64,000 nucleotides of DNA from an uncultured Bacteroidales bacterium. GTDB taxonomy: Bacteria; Bacteroidota; Bacteroidia; Bacteroidales; VadinHA17. Below are positions 59,270-64,000 of this stretch, piece after piece (position 1 is the first letter of the stretch; each line of letters begins with the position of its first letter). A program made the position numbers and the translations under genes. The DNA lies in contig OY970346.1 in NCBI GenBank assembly GCA_963717685.1, forward strand, positions 578,970 to 642,969. Direction: 5' to 3'. The notes beneath the pieces were generated by a model that worked only from the letters and a program-made list of their open reading frames with translations, was not told the origin of the DNA and did not search any database.

Positions 59270-60435
59270 TTTCTGTTCCTGATTTTATTAATGATAGTTC
59301 CGGCCAATTCCCGGGCCTTAATATCCGTTGCTTCGAGTGATTCAATCCCGGGATCACCTATAAATTCTGTATTTTCCAATGCATATTCTATTACTTCCGG
59401 CATTTGCGTAAAACCAATCTTTTCATCAAGAAACGCATTAACGGCTATTTCATTTGCAGCATTGAGAATGCAAGGCATGTTGCCTCCTTTCCTTAAGGCA
59501 TATGTCGCCAGTGATAAATTCCTGAATCTCCCCAGATCCGGCTCTTCGAATGTGAATGTCTTATAATAGCTGAATTCAAGCCGGGGAAGATCTGAGGTGA
59601 ACCTCTTTGGATAGCTCAAAGCATAAAGAATGGGGAGCCGCATATCGGGGATGCCGAGCTGGGCTTTGACAGACCCGTCTGAAAAATGGACAAAAGAATG
59701 GATAATCGACTGGGGATGAATAATCACTTTTATCTGCTCCGGGTCAAGACCAAAAAGCCATTTTGCCTCTATCATTTCGAGACCCTTGTTCATAAGAGAA
59801 GCTGAATCCACTGTCACCTTGTCGCCCATGTTCCAGTTAGGGTGCTTAAGTGCATCACGTGGTTTTACTTTATTAAGCTCCTCTGCTGTTATTTTAAGGA
59901 AAGGCCCTCCGGAAGCAGTAAGAGTAATCTTCTCGACCGATTTTTTCTCTTCACCGGCAAGACACTGAAAAATTGCCGAATGCTCCGAATCGACAGGAAT
60001 AATAAAGCTTCCTGAACCTGAGGCAAGCTCAGTGATTATCCTTCCGGCCACAACAAGTGTTTCCTTGTTTGCCAGTGCAATTTTCTTCCCTGCCCTGACT
60101 GCCGCCATAGTAGGCCTTAGTCCTGAATAGCCCACTATCGCTGCCAGAACAATATCCGCATCGGAGCCGGCCACGACCTGTTCCATGTCGTCCATGCCGG
60201 CATAGACTTTCACTTTTGTTCCCTGAAGGCTATCCTTAAGCTGTTTAAAAAGTTTCCTGTTGCCTATGACTACCGCATCGGGCAGGAATTTTCTGGCCTG
60301 TTCCGAAAGCAGTCCGACATTATTGCCGCCTGTAAGTATCCCTACTTTAAAATCATGCTGAAATCTGGAAATAACATCAAGGCTTTGAGTACCGATTGAT
60401 CCCGTAGATCCCAACAATGCAATTTTCTGAGGCAT
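59260..60435 (-). CDS. dxr: 1-deoxy-D-xylulose-5-phosphate reductoisomerase
   Basis: 391 aa with GSTGSIG NADPH-binding motif, LANKE and PVDSEH motifs. Overlaps the rseP start by 10 nt. Confidence 0.95.
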   Translation of the reverse strand: MPQKIALLGSTGSIGTQSLDVISRFQHDFKVGILTGGNNVGLLSEQARKFLPDAVVIGNRKLFKQLKDSLQGTKVKVYAGMDDMEQVVAGSDADIVLAAIVGYSGLRPTMAAVRAGKKIALANKETLVVAGRIITELASGSGSFIIPVDSEHSAIFQCLAGEEKKSVEKITLTASGGPFLKITAEELNKVKPRDALKHPNWNMGDKVTVDSASLMNKGLEMIEAKWLFGLDPEQIKVIIHPQSIIHSFVHFSDGSVKAQLGIPDMRLPILYALSYPKRFTSDLPRLEFSYYKTFTFEEPDLGRFRNLSLATYALRKGGNMPCILNAANEIAVNAFLDEKIGFTQMPEVIEYALENTEFIGDPGIESLEATDIKARELAGTIINKIRNRKCQ

Positions 60436-60449
60436 ATCCTGTTACGGAA

Positions 60450-61313
60450 TTAAAATGAAATATGCTCCTCGGGATTGAGGGGACTGCCCTTGTACCATAT
60501 TTCGAAATGAAGGTGTGGGCCCGAAGTGTAGAGTTCACCCGAACTGCCCACTATTGAGATTGGCTCTCCGGCCCTGACAAGATCGCCTGTTTCTTTGAGG
60601 AGGCTTTCATTATGCTTATAGATTGAAACTATATTGTTGGAGTGCTGAATCTCAATTACGAATCCTGTTTCCATTGTCCATCCGGTAAAAATAACTGTCC
60701 CATCGAGAGCCGCTGACACCGGTGACTGCGGTTTTGTCACTATATCCGTTCCAAAGTGTCTATTACGGATATCAAACTTGCCTGAAATCACACCCTTTAC
60801 AGGAGGGAAAAAATGAAGACTGGCAAAGCTTTCAGCAGATTCAGAAGAAGAAGAACCGGTATTCAGGTTGTACCTTTCTTCATTCTCGACTTGTGTCCTA
60901 AGGGCAGAGTCTTCAGGAATGTTTTTGAATTTTATTGCCTTGTATATTTTTGCCGTTTCCTGTGCCGAGAACATGCTGACCGGTTCCTTTCCCGAGATAA
61001 CTGAATTAAGGTCAGCAAAATATTTGTCCCTGAGGGCAAGTTCTTTATCGAGGGAGTCGAGACGGATTGCGTTCATAAGTATATTGCGTCTCATGGTGAC
61101 ATCGGGGTAACCAGGGATAAATTGTCTCAGGTTTGTGAATGATATAAAGCAGGTTGTCGCTCCGACAATAAAAAGGACCAGAAAAGTGATCAGGAGGAAC
61201 GCATTATAACGTGTAAGCCTTATTCTCCATATCTCTTCAAACGTAGTATCGTTGCTGACAGCGAACCTGTATTTGTCGCGCCAGTTATTTTTCTTCTTTT
61301 CGTTTTTAGCCAT
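60450..61313 (-). CDS. M23-family peptidase (membrane anchored)
   Basis: Start trimmed to MAKNEKKKNN at 61313. The track extension to 61373 runs into a heptamer repeat array. One TM helix, and an M23 metal site (HFGTD, HLHFE). Confidence 0.85.
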   Translation of the reverse strand: MAKNEKKKNNWRDKYRFAVSNDTTFEEIWRIRLTRYNAFLLITFLVLFIVGATTCFISFTNLRQFIPGYPDVTMRRNILMNAIRLDSLDKELALRDKYFADLNSVISGKEPVSMFSAQETAKIYKAIKFKNIPEDSALRTQVENEERYNLNTGSSSSESAESFASLHFFPPVKGVISGKFDIRNRHFGTDIVTKPQSPVSAALDGTVIFTGWTMETGFVIEIQHSNNIVSIYKHNESLLKETGDLVRAGEPISIVGSSGELYTSGPHLHFEIWYKGSPLNPEEHISF

Positions 61314-61338
61314 ATTGCTTAAAATGGTTGGCTTGCAA

Positions 61339-61373
61339 AGATAATAATTATCCGGCGACCGGTAACCGGTCAC
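61339..61373. repeat. heptamer array (TATCCGG CGACCGG TAACCGG TCACCGG CTACCGG)
   Basis: Five tandem imperfect 7-mers between the M23 peptidase start and the SOR-like gene stop. Confidence 0.85.
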
Positions 61374-61438
61374 CGGCTACCGGTTTATTAAAATAAAAAT
61401 CCTGTACGGTTATTGGTTGTCTGCCATCGGAAGCCTCT

Positions 61439-61831
61439 TTAAATAACTTTTACGGGTTTGCTTTCGCTCTGCCATAACCCGTGTTTTGTGCATACCGCCA
61501 TTGCCGACAGGTTCATTGAAACTTCAGGGGCAACAATATAAAAATCGACTTCAACATGAGAGGGTTTATTGCCATAAACTCCTGCAGTATAGCGGGTTTC
61601 GGCCAGGAGTGTTTCCCTGTTCCAGAGCTGGATCACGCTTATGAAATGATCGTGGTCGTCGGGGTGTGTATAATCCTCGCCCATCCTGACCTTTACTGCG
61701 AATTTCTCGCCGCGTTTCACATCATCGGGGCAGAAAACATGAGGCATGTGCCGGTCGAGGTAATCGCGCTTTACTTCCTTGTCTTCCTTTTCTATTTCGG
61801 TCGCTATGAATACTCTTGGCATTGTATACAA
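61439..61831 (-). CDS. desulfoferrodoxin/neelaredoxin-type superoxide reductase-like protein
   Basis: 130 aa. Spacing of the candidate iron ligands (DRHMPHV, HPDDHDHFI, CTKHGLW) resembles the 1Fe-SOR centre II pattern (KH.P, H....H.I, C..HGLW). Confidence 0.65.
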   Translation of the reverse strand: MYTMPRVFIATEIEKEDKEVKRDYLDRHMPHVFCPDDVKRGEKFAVKVRMGEDYTHPDDHDHFISVIQLWNRETLLAETRYTAGVYGNKPSHVEVDFYIVAPEVSMNLSAMAVCTKHGLWQSESKPVKVI

Positions 61832-61899
61832 TTATTAATGAATATGTTATTGAATTATTGAACAATATATTCAAGGCAAAAATAACAATAAATATTTAA

Positions 61900-61934
61900 A
61901 TTCCGGCAGCCGGTTACCGGAGACAGGCGACCGG
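61900..61934. repeat. heptamer array (TTTCCGG CAGCCGG TTACCGG AGACAGG CGACCGG)
   Basis: Five tandem imperfect 7-mers upstream of the SOR-like gene and of the tRNA promoter. Confidence 0.8.
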
Positions 61935-61981
61935 CTTTCCAAATTAAATGACAATTATTTTGCCAATTAAGCCATATATAT

Positions 61982-61989
61982 TAAATTTG
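61982..61989 (+). promoter_or_regulatory. candidate -7 promoter box (TAAATTTG) upstream of the tRNA-like repeat array
   Basis: This is the only TAnnTTTG match between 61832 and the tRNA. It lies 17 nt before pseudo-unit A. Confidence 0.45.
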
Positions 61990-62005
61990 CAGCCAATCCC
62001 AATAT

Positions 62006-62177
62006 TCCGGGGTGGTCCGCCGGCTGGCGGACGTTGGGCTCATATCCGCCAGTTGGCGGACGGAGATTCGGAATGTTCTTTTAAAATATATTGCGGGGTG
62101 GTCCGCCGGTTGGCGGACGTTGGGCATGTATCCGCCAGTTGGCGGACGGAGGTTCGGAATGTTCTTTTAAAATATAT
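62006..62177 (+). repeat. two tandem 86-bp tRNA-Met-derived pseudo-units (A 62006-62091, B 62092-62177)
   Basis: The units differ at 6 of 86 positions. Each contains tRNA 5' acceptor, anticodon-arm 5' half and T-arm 5' half segments, interrupted by two TCCGCC-N4-GGCGGA(C) palindromes. Confidence 0.9.
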
Positions 62178-62250
<73 letters not shown>

Positions 62251-62266
62251 TAATAAAAATAAGATT

Positions 62267-62303
62267 CCCTTGTAAATTAAACACTTACAAGGGTTTCTTT
62301 TTT
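62267..62303 (+). terminator. rho-independent terminator after the tRNA
   Basis: 9-bp stem CCCTTGTAA/TTACAAGGG with a 9-nt loop, followed by TTTCTTTTTT. Confidence 0.75.
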
Positions 62304-62306
62304 ATC

Positions 62307-62330
62307 CAGTGTCTCTATCAGTGTCTCTAA
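62307..62330. repeat. 12-bp tandem direct repeat CAGTGTCTCTAT CAGTGTCTCTAA
   Basis: Read directly. It sits right at the transition to the visibly AT-richer segment. Confidence 0.8.
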
Positions 62331-62407
62331 GTCAGTTTTAACTTCTTAATTAAAAAAAGTTTATGAACTTACTACTTGCTGTCATTCTGGCAGTTATTAA
62401 TATTTCT

Positions 62408-62704
62408 TTACTTTCTATTATCCCACTTACTCCCCTGCCAGTTGCTTATAACTCCTTCATTTTCACACTCAGGGCAAAACCAATGAATTTCCTTATTATC
62501 GGGAGTTAATGCTGATTTAACCTGACCATGACATCCCTTATTGAAACATCTTATTCCTGCATTGGTCAAGGTTGAAGGATTATTTTGGGTTGTGAAATCA
62601 ACAACCAATGCTAAAAAACTTGCAAGTTCTCTTGCTTCCTTGGGCATCTGTTTGGGGATGTTTCCTTGTTCATCAAGGAAATGGGTTATATTGGAGATAT
62701 ACAT
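62408..62704 (-). CDS. small zinc-ribbon protein of unknown function
   Basis: 98-aa ORF with a CX4C...CX2C pattern (CFNKGC ... CPEC). Lies 85 bp downstream of the OLD-like gene on the same strand. Confidence 0.55.
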   Translation of the reverse strand: MYISNITHFLDEQGNIPKQMPKEARELASFLALVVDFTTQNNPSTLTNAGIRCFNKGCHGQVKSALTPDNKEIHWFCPECENEGVISNWQGSKWDNRK

Positions 62705-62789
62705 CTGATTATTTTTTGACTTTTGGCATAATTATATTGGTTCTGGATTACTTTTTTATTTCAATTGCATGCGGAATCAGTTAGTTTGG

Positions 62790-64000
62790 TTACATTTCTG
62801 ATAGGATATATTCAATTGGATGTAAAACATTTGGAAATTTTCGCATAATATCCTTATAACTGCCGATGTCTTGAAAGTATGTAATTGCTGTTAATGGTTT
62901 GCTTTCCACCTTTCTAATATTGTTTTCAGAAATTCCTACAACCACCTCAAAATAAGGATGATTCATAAACATTCTTGATTTATTGGTAATTGATTCTTCA
63001 ATGCGTTTGTTTTTTCTTATAGCATCATCATTGTTTTCTTTTATTCTTACATCCCTTTGAGCATCACCACTTAAATCAAGGATATCTGTATCCGCAATTA
63101 CAACAAATGGAATCTTTAAACTTTCAAGAAGGAGTATATATCTGTACATACTCCCTTTTCCAGAAGTTTCAATAATTGATATGTTTAACAAATTCGGGTC
63201 TAATCCTTTCAATCTTATTAAAAAGTCGTATACAATTTTCTCCGTCTCACCTTCAACTAAGATTACTTTTTCAGCAAAAAACAATTCGGCTCTTTCATTA
63301 TTAATTGCAGTATCTAATTTCAGTAATTCATCGTTATCGAAGTCAAGTTCGATTGCTTTTTCAGGAAGAACTCGTGTGGAATTATTACGGCTGATAATCC
63401 TTTTTACATTTTTATAATTTATAATACTGACAAATTCCGTGGCATGTGTTGTATATATTATTTGTACACCGCTTCTTGCTAAACTTTCCAAGACAGAGTA
63501 GAAATATTTCTTAGCATGAGTATGAAGAAACATCTCAGGTTCTTCTATTAAAAATATAGCATCATATTCTTTTAATCTCAAATAGGTTCTGAAAATTGCA
63601 ATTACAATTAAACTTTGTAATCCCTGTCCAACCCTATGTGCAGGGAGAAGGACTCCGTTATTTTGAATTGTTAATTCCAAATTTTTGTATTGTGTCCATG
63701 TATCCTGAATTGCAAAATCTAAATCAATACTCTCAGCATCTTTTGTTCCAATGTGCTCAGATAAATAATGTGAGAGTGTTTCCGATAGAATCTTGATATC
63801 ATCAGTTTTCAATGTATCATTTGCTTTTTCTATGAATCTATTGAAAAGTTCATCACGGGTAATAATTGTCTTAGTTCCAAGGACTTCTGCTAATTGGCTT
63901 GAAATCGCTATTTCTTCCTTGTCACTAATAAACCTTTCTTTAATTGTTTTAAGTAATCCACCTAAAAGAGAGCGTGAATTCGATGGTGAGTATTTCAAAA
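62790..64000 (-). CDS. OLD-family ATP-dependent nuclease (ABC-type ATPase + Toprim), 5' end outside the window
   Basis: The visible 402 aa carry a signature-like GQGLQS, Walker B IFLIEEPEMFLH and H-loop YTTHA. A Toprim domain follows (ILVEGETEKIV, VVIADTDILD). No Walker A is seen, so the N-terminus presumably lies beyond 64000. Confidence 0.75.
   Translation of the reverse strand, partial: LKYSPSNSRSLLGGLLKTIKERFISDKEEIAISSQLAEVLGTKTIITRDELFNRFIEKANDTLKTDDIKILSETLSHYLSEHIGTKDAESIDLDFAIQDTWTQYKNLELTIQNNGVLLPAHRVGQGLQSLIVIAIFRTYLRLKEYDAIFLIEEPEMFLHTHAKKYFYSVLESLARSGVQIIYTTHATEFVSIINYKNVKRIISRNNSTRVLPEKAIELDFDNDELLKLDTAINNERAELFFAEKVILVEGETEKIVYDFLIRLKGLDPNLLNISIIETSGKGSMYRYILLLESLKIPFVVIADTDILDLSGDAQRDVRIKENNDDAIRKNKRIEESITNKSRMFMNHPYFEVVVGISENNIRKVESKPLTAITYFQDIGSYKDIMRKFPNVLHPIEYILSEM

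Overview
This 64-kb window looks like a Bacteroidota chromosomal segment. Supporting evidence is SusC/SusD genes, the T9SS translocon gene sprA, a T9SS C-terminal sorting domain, and TAnnTTTG -7 promoter boxes. Most of it is ordinary core genome. That includes peptidases (M1, tricorn-like S41, M17, M23, RseP), rimP-nusA-infB, gcvH, ruvA, pdxA, dxr and a cbpA/cbpM-like pair. A large starch/maltodextrin utilisation locus spans 27.0-46.9 kb: a LacI regulator, susCDEF-like genes, three GH13 genes, GH65 maltose phosphorylase, beta-phosphoglucomutase and an MFS transporter. A separate GH13+GH31 pair lies at 15.8-19.7 kb. I see no rRNA, CRISPR array, transposase or integrase, and no complete, obviously novel multi-gene system. 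The most unusual signals are non-coding or at the right edge. (1) An initiator-type tRNA-Met is preceded by two 86-bp tRNA-derived pseudo-units in which tRNA arms are replaced by GTCCGCC..GGCGGAC palindromes. (2) Immediately after that tRNA comes a visibly AT-richer segment encoding a small Zn-ribbon protein and an OLD-family ATPase/Toprim nuclease cut by the window end, which is a possible defence islet. (3) Six dispersed arrays of imperfect heptamers (NNNCCGG) occur in intergenic regions. (4) A family of C/G-tract hairpin repeats has four copies clustered in one 637-bp gap. (5) A 24-nt palindrome occurs twice, 30 kb apart. (6) A shared LacI-type operator candidate lies in front of both arms of the starch locus. 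All calls come from reading the sequence and ORF translations. No database searches, HMMs, folding or GC calculations were run.
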